DNA from: Lama guanicoe
Taxonomy: Eukaryota
Length of the DNA: 64,000 bases
Assembly (NCBI GenBank): GCA_013239625.1
Contig: MU053365.1
Span: forward strand, 1,770,115 to 1,834,114
Direction of reading: 5' to 3'
The position numbers and the translations under genes were made by a program. The notes under the pieces are model-generated. The model did not search any database and was not told the origin of the DNA. It saw nothing but the letters and a program-made list of their open reading frames with translations. Below are positions 11,270 through 24,465 of the stretch, in pieces (within the stretch, counting starts at the first letter, position 1; every line of letters starts with the position of its first letter).

Positions 11270-11588
11270 TACGTCAGTCAGGATTCAACAACGGAAACAG
11301 AACTTGTAGGATATATAGATAAATAGAACATTCACATACAGACACATGCAAGAAATTGGCTTATGTGATTGTGGGCAATGGCCTAGATCCAGGTGGAATT
11401 TCTTCTCTCTCGGGGAAGCCTCAGCCCTGCTTTTGAGGCCTGACAGATTATCTAGTCAGTCCCACCCAAGTCATCCAGAATAATCTCCCTTAGAGCCCTT
11501 TGCCCAGCAACACCTAGATTAACATTTGATTGGATAACTGGGGATTGTAGCTTAGCCAAGTTGACTCATTAAAAAGATCACCATAGCA
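11270..11588 (-). mobile_element. MLT2-type (ERVL) LTR
   Basis: gaaacagaacttgtagga...gaaattggcttatgtgattgtggg...cagcaacacctagatta...ccaagttgactcat. Confidence 0.85.
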
Positions 11589-11799
11589 CCTGCAAAATCA
11601 TTCCTTTTAAATATATTGCCTTTGTAACCCTTAACTATTTGGGCAGTCTACCACCCCATTGATAATGCCATCTTTTATATCATGAGAGTTGTGGCAATCG
11701 ACGTTTCAGCCCACAGACTGGGCAGTTAAAAGATCTCATTAAGGTTTCTGGAGAGTTCTCTGGTTAAACATCTGCACTGTATCGTTTAGGCACCTTTAT

Positions 11800-13500
11800 C
11801 TTTTTTTATTTCTAACTTTATTGAGATATAATTGACATAGAACATGTGTAAGCTTAAGGTGCAACATGAGTTTATATATATATACACACACAGACACACA
11901 CACACAGATTGTCCTCTATTTATGTCTTAATAAACCCATCTTAAGTTGAAAGTAATGTTAGGTAGAAAATGCTTTTAAGATACTTAACCTACTGCACATC
12001 ATAGCTTAGCTTAGCCTACCTTAAACATGCTTAGAACACTTTCACTAGCCTACAGCTTGGCAAAATCATTTAACACAAAGCCTGTTTTACGAAAATGTTG
12101 ACTACCTCACGTAATTTATTGAATACTGTACTTCAAGTGAAAAACAAAATAGTTTTCTGGGAACAGAATGGTGGTGTGTGTATGGATTGTTTATCCTCAT
12201 GATCGCATGGCTGATGAGCTGTGACCCACTGCTGCTGCCCAGCATCAGGAGAGAGAGTTGGACTGCATATAACTAGCCTGGGAAAATATCAAAATTCAAA
12301 ATCTGAAATGCAGTTTCTACTAAATGCTTATGACCCTTCCACCACTGTACAGTCAAAAAATTATAAAGCCAAACCATCATAAGTTAGGGACTGTCTGTAT
12401 TGTGAAATAATTACCACAATAATGTTAGTTAACACATCCATCACCTCACATAGTGACGTGTGTGTGTGTGTGTGTGGTGAGAACTTTTATGATTCATTCT
12501 TCTACCAACTTTCAAGCAGACAATACAGTACTGTTAACTATAGTCACCATGCTGTACATTAGATCTCTAGAACTTATTCACATTATAACTGGAATTTTGT
12601 ACCCTTTGACCGCTTTAACCCATTTCCTAAATTCTACTGCCCCTGGCAATCACCAATCTAATGTCTGTTTCTATGAGCGTTTTTCTTTATATTCCACATA
12701 TAATTGATAACATACAGTATTTGTCTTTCTCTACCCTGAGGTCCTTTGCCCATTTAAAAATTGGATTACTATTCTTTTTTAATTTTTGCTATTGAATATA
12801 TGAGTTTCTTGTATGTTTTGGCTATTAACCCCTTATCAGATAGATGGTTTGCAAATATTTTCTCCCATTCTGTAGGTTGCCTTTTCATATTGTTGATTGT
12901 TTTCTTTGCAGAAGGTTTTTAGTTTGATGTTGTCCCACTTGCTGATTATTGCTTTTGTTACTTATGCTTTTGGTGTCACATCCAAAAAAATTGTTGCCAA
13001 GACTAATGTAAAGAAACATTTTCCCAATTTTTTTCTATAAGTTTTACTGGTTCAAGTCTTACATTTAAGTCTTTAATCTATCTTGAGTTAATTTTTGAGT
13101 TGTGTAAAGTAGAGGTCAATTTTCATTCTTTTGCATGTAGATATCCAGTTTACCATCACCATTTATTAAAGAGACTATTTTTTCCTCCATTTAATATTCT
13201 TGGCATCCTTGTCGAAGAATAGTTGACCACATATGTGTGAGTTTATTTCTGTGCTGTGGATTCTGTGCTATTGGTTTATGTGTCTTTCTATGCTAGTACC
13301 ATACAGTTTTGATTACTATAGCTTTATAGTATTATTTGAAATCAGAAAGTATGATGCTTCCTGCTTTATTCTTCTTTATCTGGATTGCTTTGGCTCTTCA
13401 GGGTCTTTTGTGGTTCCATATGAATTTTAGTACTGATTGTTATTTCTTTAAAAAAAATCCCATTAGAATTTTTATTGGGATTACCTTGACTCTATGTCCA
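11800..13500 (-). mobile_element. L1 (L1MA-type) 3' UTR/ORF2 remnant with internal deletion, interrupted by MER47
   Basis: ctttattgagatataattgaca...gtcaccatgctgtacattagatc...ttaaccccttatcagatagatggtttgcaaatatttt. Confidence 0.9.
11905..12397. mobile_element. MER47/Tigger5-derived non-autonomous DNA transposon
   Basis: cagattgtcctc...catcatagcttagcttagcctaccttaaacatgc...aaccatcataagttagggactgtctg followed by TA. Confidence 0.85.
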
Positions 13501-14487
13501 AAGGTTACAATAATCATTTCCAGTTTCCAAAGTAGTTCACACCCATAAACTCATTTTTTGTTTCACTGGATTCACACACACACTAAAGGTAGTCACTTTA
13601 CTCCTGTGTTTTGAGGATCAGAATGTTGAAATGACTTGTTCAAAGTCACAGTACTTTGAATTCAAAGTCACCTTTGATTCTCAATCCAATTGTCTTCCCC
13701 TCTAAGTTTTAGGCTATGCTTTGTGGAGCTTTCGAGATACCAGTAGCTACCATGGAGAAGGAATATAGGGAAAGTTGAGCAGGTTTTTCTCTTTTATTTT
13801 GTGTATTTGGGTTTTCCATCTGGTCTGTGCAGACCCTCTTCAAGTTATGGAAACGGTGCTCTTATTAGAACTGCTTCATACTGTATCCATAGAATCATGA
13901 TGGAGGCTGCCATGTTAGTAGCATATGATTATATCCTTGGCCAGTTTATGGTGCCAAGGATGGGGACCATTTGGCCGAAAATTGTTTCTGCCTTTGTTCT
14001 TTCTGCAACTGAATACAGTAGATTTATCCAGAGTTGCAATCATTTGACGTAAGATGTGCCAGTTGGAAGTTTTCATCAAACAATTTATATTTGAAATTAA
14101 GAGAATCAAGTTTATCTTTTTCTAGGTTCTGGGAATCTAAAATACAAGCAGCCTGAGAAGCAAAGGGAGTTCATCACCATGGCAGAGAAGAATGAAGCAT
14201 TTAGACTCAAGCAGGGAAAGAGGCTGAGAATTATAATAGCATTTGTGGCCGGGGTCTGGCTGCTTTATTGTTCTTGGCTTCTATGAGACGGTCCCAAGGT
14301 CTCCTTATAAACTGTGCTTTTCGCCTGAGCCCCCTCATAAGAAGTTTCTGACACAACCCGACTTCCTAACCAAATTTTATATTTTTATGTATATATGTAT
14401 ATACACACACATATACATTTATATATTTATATTTTAAAACATTTGAAAACCACTGAACTTCATAGAACTCCTTGTATAAAACAATGC

Positions 14488-14645
14488 ACAATTTCTAAAA
14501 CTTTAATGTTTATATGAGTTAAGTATCTGGAAAAACATTAAAATTTCTAAGGCCCCAACCTCTAGAGATGGAGCATAGGAAAACAAGTTTTAAACAATTA
14601 CATAATCCAATGGTGGTTCAATGACTACACTTTGAGAAACACTGT
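14488..14645. mobile_element. hAT-Charlie MITE remnant (MER5-like)
   Basis: caatttctaaaacttt...cacactttgagaaacactg termini. Confidence 0.5.
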
Positions 14646-16773
14646 AATTCTTTCTTTCTTGAATTATATGCAACTCATTCAGTATTTTCCACAGGATTTT
14701 GCCTGTTTTATTTTATTGGATTGTCACAATAGATTAAGTCAGCATTTCTCAAAGTATGTTCTATAAAACATTAGTGGCCTGTAGTATTCTGCAAAATTAC
14801 AGTAAGAAAGAAGAAAGTTCCTATGGCCAAATATGCTTGGGAAGGGCTGTATACGTATTTTTTCATGTATATTCATAATGCATAAGTGTGTTTTACCAAT
14901 ATAAGAAATTCTAAGGCAAATACACCTATTTAACTCTGTTTAATTTAGCATCTCTTAAACTCATTTGAACACTGAACACACTATAGACAATTCTAGAAGA
15001 ATACTTATACAAACAGTTTTAAGGAGCAAAATGTAATCATCAACTGTTAGACTTTGTGCCCCTGCATATGGTAGCTGGGAATATCATCATGCCTCACGGT
15101 CACTGGAAGCCCGCATCTCAAGAAATTTATAGTTTATAATCTTGTCCCAAGAAGCAAGAACTCACTTGTTCACCCTGGAAATGGAATAGAATTGAGAGCT
15201 TTACAAACTGACTTAAGACGTATATGGGGACTTAGTCGAGACTGAGACCATATTTTTAGGAGTCTAACTTGTATAATTTTTGCATTTAAACATTGCTGAA
15301 ATTGGATGTCATTGATAATCATTTTTTGTTTTTTCTTTCTTTCTTAATAATGCATCCCTGAAATGACGTACTTGTGCCCAAGCCTTTGTATCATACTGTT
15401 TTCTGTGGGGCAGGAGTAGGGAGAACCCAAAGAAGTGTTTTTTTGCCATAACTTCTGCTTTATATATTTTGAAAATCTAAATGACGGGTATATAGATACC
15501 CATCTTACTAAACTGCTATCTACATAATTTTTATGTTTAAAATACTTTACACATCTCACAAAAATTAAAATGTATAGAATACTGCATAATTCCAAGCCTA
15601 AGTTTTATGATCAATTATTATCTCAGTTTTTATGAATGACAGAGTCAAAAGGTTAATAAAACTACCCAGGGTTTTACAGCTAGTAGGTCGCAGGTTAGTG
15701 TTTACCAGGTAGCATGTACCAGACTGTTTTGAGACTTTTATATATGTTGTAACTAATTTGACTCTGAAAATTCCACCAGGTAGGTACAATTTTCACCACA
15801 ATGCCTAGTTTAAAATGAAGGACACTGAAGTCGAGTTTAAGGGACATAGCAAGTAAGTAGTCCAGAAAATATTTAACTCATTCTAGCTTCCTTCTGGTGG
15901 TGTTAACCACCACAATATGCTGCCTCTCCAATGAAAGAATCTGTTTCAAACATTTCCTAAATTCATTAAATAATATAATACTTGTAAAGCACTTAGAAGT
16001 CGTGACACATAATACTGACAATAAATTTGGCTGCTATTCATGTTATTATTACTGCTTTTATTATTGTTATTATTTTGCCAAGTATATTGACAAGAAACAA
16101 GTGGTGTGCAGCGTAGATTTCAGGAGCTTCAGAAGTAGTGTGAGCACTGCGGGCTCAGTTGAAAATACTGAAAACGATGCATTCTTTCATAGCATCAGTA
16201 TGAAAGGCCCTGTTTTGGTAGTTTGAATCAGAATATGGTAATCGAGCATTTGCTTATTGATTGTCCTCATAAGCATACTCATGGCCGATTTTTTAAAACT
16301 CACCTTACACAATGCCAAAACTTGTCTTACATATTTACCACCAGATGGAAATCTGAGACTTAGATACACCTTAGTTTAAGGTGTATCTCAAACTCCTCAA
16401 CTCCACTACTGTAGGGATGTTTTCTTTTTTCAAATTTGCAGTTAGTTACAATTATATGCTATAATTATCAAAATAAGTACGATGTCTGAAGATATCTTGA
16501 CAGGAAGACAATCATCGTAATTTCTCACCACAGGAAATACTTTGGCTGGGACTCCTCTCCTCACACATTTTGATTGCTGCACGTCTTCTCAGACGATTCT
16601 TTTGTACACTAATGTGGACAGCTAGAATAACCAATCATCTTTTCCCACTCAACATTACTTTCTACTTTAAATATATCCTACTAAGAAGTTAGAAAATAAA
16701 ATATTTTCAAAACGGTAATGTTGATAATTGAATCTTTTCCTCTGAGCTATGTTGAATATAAATTTTGTACAAA

Positions 16774-17431
16774 TGTTGCTGGTGTGACAACCGGTGTTCC
16801 AGGTTCTTGTCCCATCTCAGAAAGAATTCAGAGACAAGACGTAGTGGTTAAAAAAGGTAAAGTGAGGATTTATTAAAGGATGGATAGTACACTCTCAGGG
16901 GGAGAGCGGGCAGGCTCAGGTGAGCTGCTGCCCCGAGTTTCTTTGGCAAGTTGGTTACTCAGGGTGTGAAAATGAATGGACGGAATATTCATTGGGGAGG
17001 GAAGGGTTTGGGGTCATGTTCCCTGATTTTCATCCCAACTCCACCTTCCCAAAGGGGAGGAGGGATTTGTGTCCTTATTTAGTCTGGATCGGAAGTGTCA
17101 TGGCGTCGGTGTATGATGGGTACTTCTGAGCTGCAAGGCTAGTTTTATTGAAATGAGGGCATAATGAGCAAAAGGTTACATTCGGACACTAGAAATTCCT
17201 GCCTTTTCTCACCTTCCTTTGTTCTTCTCCAGCCACTTGTCATCCCCAAAGGCAGGATCCCTTATCAGCCCCAAGGTTCCTGCTTTTCTTTCTCTGCCCA
17301 AGGACGCCTGCTGCTCACATGATGTGCGGTTTCCTGCATCTGGCCTGTGCCCCTCCTTTCTGCCCAATTCCTGCCACTTGGTCTGTGTCCCCCTTTCTCT
17401 GCTCATATCTAGCTGTGTGTCTGCTCTAACA
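16774..17431 (-). mobile_element. Relatively young ERV1-type solo LTR (658 bp)
   Basis: TGTT...AACA termini. 4-bp flanks caaa/caag (one mismatch). Minus-strand AATAAA near 16868. GC-rich with retained CpGs. Confidence 0.85.
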
Positions 17432-18086
17432 CAAGTATGAGTTTGAGTGTCCATTCTTTTCCTCATGCTCAGGAGCCTTCACTCACAATGTGTGTTTGTG
17501 TGTGTGTGTGCGTGTGTGTGTGTTAGGGGGAGAGTGGCATGTACCCTGCATATCTGTTACCTAATCTGTTTTAGATTTCTGCCATTTGCAAGAGGTTGGG
17601 ATCATGGAAGAATTTACACATTGTTTCTGTCTCAATTATTATTTTTTTGTTTTGATTTTGTTTTAGATTTTGTTTTTACTGTCCAGAATCTTAGACTAGA
17701 TAGAACAATGACCATAGGCAGATTGCTTAGTAAATATGCACCTTAATTTTAAGGCTATCATTATTATCAAAGGTGTTATAATAACACACCACCCATCATT
17801 CTGATTTTCTTTAAGGATAAAACAGAAGAACCTCAGTGACCTTCAGGACAAATCTTTCACAAATTTCCCTTTGTTATAAATGCATGGCCAATATCTCAGT
17901 TGCTCTTTTGGTTTTATTGTCATTCTTATTTTAAAGGTTTCATATTTAGTCTTTTCAGAGTTAAAGGAGTTTCAAAACAAAAAGATGAGTGAGTGAACTT
18001 TATTTCATTTTACAAGTTTTTCTTTCAATTGGTGACTATAGCTCATGTCTGGAAACAGAGATAGAAGGAAATTTGGATTTCTGATT

Positions 18087-18264
18087 CAGTGATTCTCAGT
18101 GTGGGTGCTCACCAGAATTACTTGTAGAACTTGTTCAAATGTACAGATTCCAGGCACCTCCCAGACCTATTAAATCAGAATCTCCAGGGGACAAAGTTCA
18201 GGAATCTGCATTTAAAACAGAGTTTCTAGATGATTTTCCTGCTCCCCTTGGTAAAGAATTACTG
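18087..18264. mobile_element. MER5A-like hAT MITE
   Basis: cagtgattctca...cccagacctattaaatcagaatctcc...ggaatctgcatttaaaa...aagaattactg. Confidence 0.8.
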
Positions 18265-18269
18265 ATTTT

Positions 18270-18410
18270 TGTCCCTTTATTTCATAGATAAGAAGACTAA
18301 GGTCTAGAGCTGTGAACCCCTGGCCTCATGTTAATACAGCAAGTTAATGACAGAGTTGAACTAAAATTTAAATCTCTTAGCGCTGGGTCTATCTATCTCC
18401 TGCACTCCAT
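18270..18410 (-). mobile_element. MIR fragment
   Basis: tttcatagataagaagactaaggtctagag...cagcaagttaatgacagagttgaactaaaattt. Confidence 0.65.
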
Positions 18411-18794
18411 CAATCCTTATGCATTAGTTCTTATTTTAGTTGAGAGAGTTCTGCTCCTTTTACAGAGCATGTGTAAGCATAACATTAATACTGAATTTCT
18501 AAACTGTTGAAATTACACAAGAATTACTTTAGTGACACTTGGAATGGTAATTGATTTGTAAATGGTTTTCTAACACTTAAGTTGTTTCTTTCTTAATTTT
18601 TAGCAGTCCTCACATTTTTGGAGGATACATTTATGATTTTTCATTTTGTAGAGGTAAATTCTCATATTCCAATTATATTAGTTCTACATTAGTGTTAATC
18701 TAAGTAGTTCAAATTATTATACAAATTTGATTTTTCTTTCTAACAGCTCTAATCAGTTTTAAGTCAATAGTGATTTGTGTTCAAATGCATTCTA

Positions 18795-21750
18795 AAAGCA
18801 GTACATTTTCCTCCCCCTATATTTATGTTTTTATGTCATATTTTACATCTTTTAATTTTCTGTATTCCTTAACTTCTTTTGCAGTTATACTTGATTTTAC
18901 TAATTTTTGTCTTTTAACCTTTATATTAGCTTTATAAGTGATTGACCCACTACCTTTACTATATATTTGCTTTTACTGGTGAATTTTTTTTCTTTCACAT
19001 ATTACTTATTTTTGGTTATGGCTTTTTTTCCACTTAACGAAGTCCCTTTAACATTTCCTTTAAGGTTGATTTAGTGATGATGAACTCCTATAGTTTTTGT
19101 TTGTCCAGGAGACTCATTCTCTCTCCTTCAGTTATGAACGATAACCTTGTCAGATAGGAGTATTTTTGTTTGTGAGTTTTTCTCCTTTCAGTATTTTGCA
19201 TATATCGTGCTACTCTCTTCTATTCCTTTGCAACTGGCCTACAAAATTGCTGCTGAAAAATCGGCCGATAGTCTTATGGAGGTCCCCTTATATGTAATGC
19301 ATTGTTTTCGTCTCACTGATTTTAAAATTCTCTCTTTAACTTTTGACATTCTAATTAATATGGCTCTCTTTGGGTTCATCTTGTTTGGGCCTGTTTGTAC
19401 TTACTGGACCTGGATGTCTGTTTACTTCCACAGATGAGGGAAGTTTGCAGCCATTACTTCTTCAAATAAATTTTCTGCCCCTTTATTTCTTTGTTCTCCT
19501 TCTGGGACCCTTATAATGAAAATGTTAGCATGCTCAGTGTTGACCAGAGTTCCTTTCAACTCTTCTCTAATATTTTTTTCTTCTTTTGCTATTCTGATTA
19601 GGAGATTTCCATTACCCTGTCTCTGTGTTTGCTAATTCATTCTTCTCTATCATCTAATCTGCTGTTGATTACCTCTAGTGTATTTTTCATTTCAGTTATT
19701 GTATTCTTCTACTCTGATTGGTTCTTTCTCATGTTTTCTAAGTCTTTGTTTTAGTTCTCACTGTCTTCATCCATTCTTCACCCACATTAGGTAAACATTT
19801 TTACATTTTTATGGCAATTATTTCAAATTGATTTTTCATGTTGATTACTTACCTGTGTGTTATTAAGGTCCTTTTCTGTAGTTCTGTATTGTTCTTTTGT
19901 TTGAAACATATTTCTCTGTTTCCTCATTTTTCTTGTCTCTCTGTGTTTATTTCTATGTATTAGGCAAAATTTCTACCTCTCTCAGTCCTGATGGAGTGGC
20001 TTTGTGTAGGTGATAATCCTTCTTGTTCAACCTTGCCAGAGTTCTTGTTATTCACTTGAATCTTTGTGGTTATCTGTGCTGCCTAATTTATTCTTGATAT
20101 GCTTCTGTTGTCAAGAGTATGCTGAGATCTGTCAGCATTCCAAGGAGAGAATCTTATTTAAAACCCAGTTTCAGGCTGATTAGAAGCCAGACCCTTAGGC
20201 AGCAACTATTAAAGGATGTAGTCCAGTGGGTCCACAATCATAATTCCTGATGGTCTCCAGATGGGAGATCTGGAGGTGTCCCCTGGGTGACAGTTGAAAA
20301 AAATTGAGGCTCCTGATGAGTGTATAAGCTCCTTTCTGGGGAGTCTTGTTGAACTATAGCAAGGCCAGTAGGGTACACAAGGATTGTGCCTTCCTACTTA
20401 TGTTCCCCAAGGGTGCCTCCTTAGCCTTTAGATGTATGGAAACCTGAAGCTTGTCCGTCAGGGTAAAGCTCCAAATTATGTAAACAGGCCTTTTTTACAG
20501 GAAGACTGGGGTTGTGTATCATTCTACTGTCTGTGCAGTGCCCTGGGGGGTGGTGGCCAGCCAGGAACTGTCTTTCCAATTGTTATAGTCGTGTGTTGCT
20601 CAGGAACACCACCCTTCTTGGCCACCAGGGCCAGGAGATAAAGGGTATCCTCTTGTATGGACTGTTTGTACCCACTGGCTTTAGCTAGGCAGCTGATGAG
20701 TGCATGAAGTGGCACTTGAGTGCTTGCTTCAAAAAAACAGCCGGAAAGTAACTTGACTGTGCACACCTGCCAACTTCAGTGATGCAGTAGGAGAGTGCCT
20801 TGTTTGTGTGTGGTCATCAGCTTTGGGCCAGGAGTGGGAGAATGCCAGTTCTGCTTGTGCTTACCAGCCTTGGCCAAGGGGCAGGGGACTGTCAAGTCAG
20901 CTTTAGGCTAGGAGAGGGATAATGCTGTGATAACTCAAACTCACCAGCCCTAAACAGGGACTGGGGGACTGTTGCAGTCTCTTGCACTTGCAGATCTCAG
21001 CTAAGGAGCAGGAAAATGCCTGCCTGTCCCAGTCAGGAAGTGGGGAAGTGCTACAACCACCAGCATTCTCTTGCTTCAGCAAAGTAGCAGCATATTGCTG
21101 TGATGGCCTGACTCTGTGTCCAAGTTCATCCACCTGTGCTACAGGTTAGCTGGGGACAGCAGGTTAGGTGGTGTTCACCAGTGTCTTCATCTCTGGGGAG
21201 TGTTTCCACCATTCTCTGCCCCTCTGGTTGATACTTCTAGATTTGCAAATGACTCTCCTTCACATGTAGTATTGGCACTTTTCAAACTGCTGTTATTTTG
21301 CTGGGTCTCAAGGTGAGTGAGACCACATATGAGCAATTTAAGAAGGGAGTCTCAGTTTCCTATAGTACTTTGGGACCCTTAGACATCAGCCCAGTTGGTT
21401 TCTAAGCTAGATGTTTTGTGGGATCATTTTTCTGGTATAGATCCTAGAGGCTGGGAAGCCTGATGTGGGGTACCAACTCCTTGATCCTCTGGGGGAAATG
21501 TCCATCTGGTGAGATCCCTCACTATTGTATGCCACAATACCATGTGTTTGGTTTTGGGTAAGAGTGTTTCTCTGCCTCTCCTACCCATTTTGTTGTGACT
21601 CTTTTTATCCTATGTTATGGAGCAGGTGTTCTGCTAGTTCTCAGGTTCTTTTTAGAGGACACTGATAGATATGTAGATGTATATTTTTTGTATCCATGGG
21701 AAGAAGTAACTTCGGGCTATTCCTATGCTGCCACCTTGAACTGCCCAAGT
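18795..21750 (-). mobile_element. L1 ORF1 and long 5' UTR remnant
   Basis: tgctgaaaaatcggccgatagtcttatggaggtccc, gggaagtttgcagccattacttcttcaaataa; ends ctatgctgccaccttgaac as at L1 5' ends. Confidence 0.82.
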
Positions 21751-22365
21751 CTTCTATTTTCTTGTTGATCTTCTACTTCTTTCTTTTCCATTATTGAAAC
21801 GAGCTATTAAGATCTCCAACTGTTATTTTTAAATTTTAAATTTCTCCCTTTGCTTCTGTCAACTTTGCCTCATCTATTTTGGGGCTTTTTTGGTAGGCAT
21901 ATCTACATTTTAAAATGTTTAGATTTTTCTGATGGATTTACACTTCTATTATTATAACATCTACTTCTTTTCTATAATAACAATTTTTGTCTTAATTGTC
22001 TATTGTTTTATATTACTGTAGCTAGTCCAGATGTCATTTAGATATTAGTTGCTATAGTTTGTTCATCTTTCAATTAATTTTTGTTTTTGACTCTAGAGTG
22101 CATCTCTTGTAGAAAGCACATGGTTGGATAAAGTTATTTTTTCTTACCCATCTGCCAATATCCATCCTTTAATTGGAATGTTTAATGTATCAACATTTAA
22201 TATAACTACTGATAATGTATGATTTATGATAGCAAATTTGAAATATATTTTCTATATTTGTCTTATTCTTCTTTTTCTATTATTCCTCCATTATAGCCTC
22301 CTTTTGTGCTAATAAGGTTCTAGTAGATCGTTTTAAGTACCATGTTGTTTTTCTACTATTTTTAC

Positions 22366-23192
22366 GTATCCATAGTTTCACTTTCCACGGTTTCAGTAAC
22401 CCGTAGTCAACTGATCTCAGAATATATTAAATGGAAAATTCCATAAATAAACAATACATAGATTTTAAATTGTGTGCTCTTCTGAGTATCATGATGAAAT
22501 CTCATGTCATCTGATTCTGTCCCACCTGGGATGTGAATCATCCCTTTGTCCATTGTTTCCCACCCATTAGTGACTTAGTAGTTTTCTCTCTCATTAGATC
22601 AACTGCCACAGTATTGCAATGCTTCTGTTCAAGTAATCCTTAGTTTACTTAACAATGGCCACAAAGTATAAGAGTAGTGACGCTGGCAATTTGGATATGC
22701 CAAAAAGAAGCCATAAAGTGCTTCCTTTAAGTGAAAAGGTTAAAGTTATCAACTCAGTTGGGAAAGAAAAAATTGAATGCTGAGGTTGCTAATGATCTAT
22801 AGCACTAATGAATCTTCTATCCATGAAATTGTGAAGAAGGAAAAAGAAATTCGTACTAGTTTTGCTGCTGCACTTCAAACTGCAAAGGATACAGCCAGTG
22901 TATAAGTGTTTAGTTAAGATGGAAAGGGCATTAAATGTGTACAATAAGGTATTTTAAGGGAGAGAGAAAAAAGCTATATTCACATAACTTTTATTATATT
23001 GTTATAATTATTCTATTTTATTATTAGTTATTGGTTTTAATATTACTGTGCCTAATTTATAAATGAAACTTTATCATAGGTATATAAACATAGAAAAAAA
23101 CTACAGTATGTAAGGGGTTTGGTACTGTCCATGGTTCAGGCATCTACTGGGGGTCTTGGAATATATCCCCTATAGATAAGAGGGTGCTACTG
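22366..23192. mobile_element. MER44/Tigger7-derived DNA transposon
   Basis: ctttccacggtttcagtaacccg...aaagtgcttcctttaagtgaaaagg...gggggtcttggaatatatcccctatagataagagggtgctactg followed by TA. Confidence 0.85.
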
Positions 23193-23208
23193 TATTTTTA
23201 GTTATTTT

Positions 23209-23386
23209 TTAAAATTTTTATTAAAGTATAGTCAGTTTACAATGTTGTGTCAATTTTGGGGGTAAAGCACAATGCTTCAGTCATGTGAACATACATATAT
23301 TCGCTTTCGTATTCTTTTTCACCATAAGTTACTACAAGATATTGAATATAGTTCCCTGTGCTAGACAGTAAACACTTGTTTATCTA
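23209..23386 (-). mobile_element. Short 5'-truncated lineage-specific L1 3' end with TSD
   Basis: TSD tagttatttt at 23199-23208 and 23387-23396. Homologous to 8180-8370 and 31280-31479. Confidence 0.88.
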
Positions 23387-24465
23387 TAGTTATTTTCTTA
23401 GTGTTGGCCAGTGGTATTACTGTTAACATCTTAACTTGCAACAATCTAGTTTAATCACAAATTCATTTCAATAGTATATAAAAATTTTTCTACACTATGG
23501 CTCATTTTTCTTTTCCTCTTTTGTCCTATTATTATTATACAAGTTAAATCTTTATGCTTTACAAAAATCATATTGTATTATAATTATTGCTTTATGAAAT
23601 TGTTCTTATAATCAGGTTGGAAAAGGAATGAGTTAAACAAAAATATATTTATACAGTCTTTTATATTTACCTATGTAGTTACTTTTATTGATGCTCCTTA
23701 TTTCTTTATATGTATTCAGATTTTTATTTAGTATCCTTTTATTTCATCTTGAAAAACTCTCAAGTATTCTATAGTGATGTGTTCTTTCAATTTTTCTTTA
23801 TATGGAAATGTCTTAATTGCTCCTAACTTTTGTGAAGGATAGTCTTGCTGGATATAGATTCTTGGATTATACTTTTTCTTTCAGCACATTGACTATACCA
23901 TCCTACTTCACTCTGCCTCTTATGGTTTCTGATGAGAAATCAGTTGTTTACCTTATGTAGAATATCTTTCACTGTGATGAGCTGCATCTTTCTTGCTACT
24001 TTAGAGATGTACTTTTTTGGCTTTCCACATATGTCTTGGTGTGAATGTCTTTCAGTTTATTCTATATGGATTTTGTTGAGCTTTTGGATGTGTAGATTTA
24101 TGTTTTTTTAATCAAATTTGGGAAGTTGTGTCTATTATTTCTTCAAATATCTTTTGTGTCCTTTTCTCATTCTCTTCTTTTAGAATTTTTTTATGCTTAT
24201 TTTGGTTTGCTAGATGTTGTTACACAAGTTTCTGAGGTTCTGATGATGTTCCATCTATTTTATTTCTCAGGCAAGAAAATATCAGTTGACTCATCCTTAT
24301 GTTCACTAATTCTTTCTTTTTCACCTCAAATCTGATATTTAATGCCTCTAGTGAGTTTATCATTCCAGTTATCACACTATTTAACCTCAGAATTTCTATT
24401 TGGTTCACTTAGTAATTTGTATCTATTTATTGATATTCTTTATTTGATGAGATATCATTCTTATA

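Larger units (their letters stand above)
21751..24465 (-). mobile_element. Older L1 (L1MC/MD-type) ORF2-start/ORF1 remnant, interrupted by MER44 and a short L1
   Basis: The minus-strand ORF 24220-24408 is ORF1-like (NQIEILRLNSVITGMINSLEALNIRF). atggtttctgatgagaaatcag motif. Confidence 0.78.
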
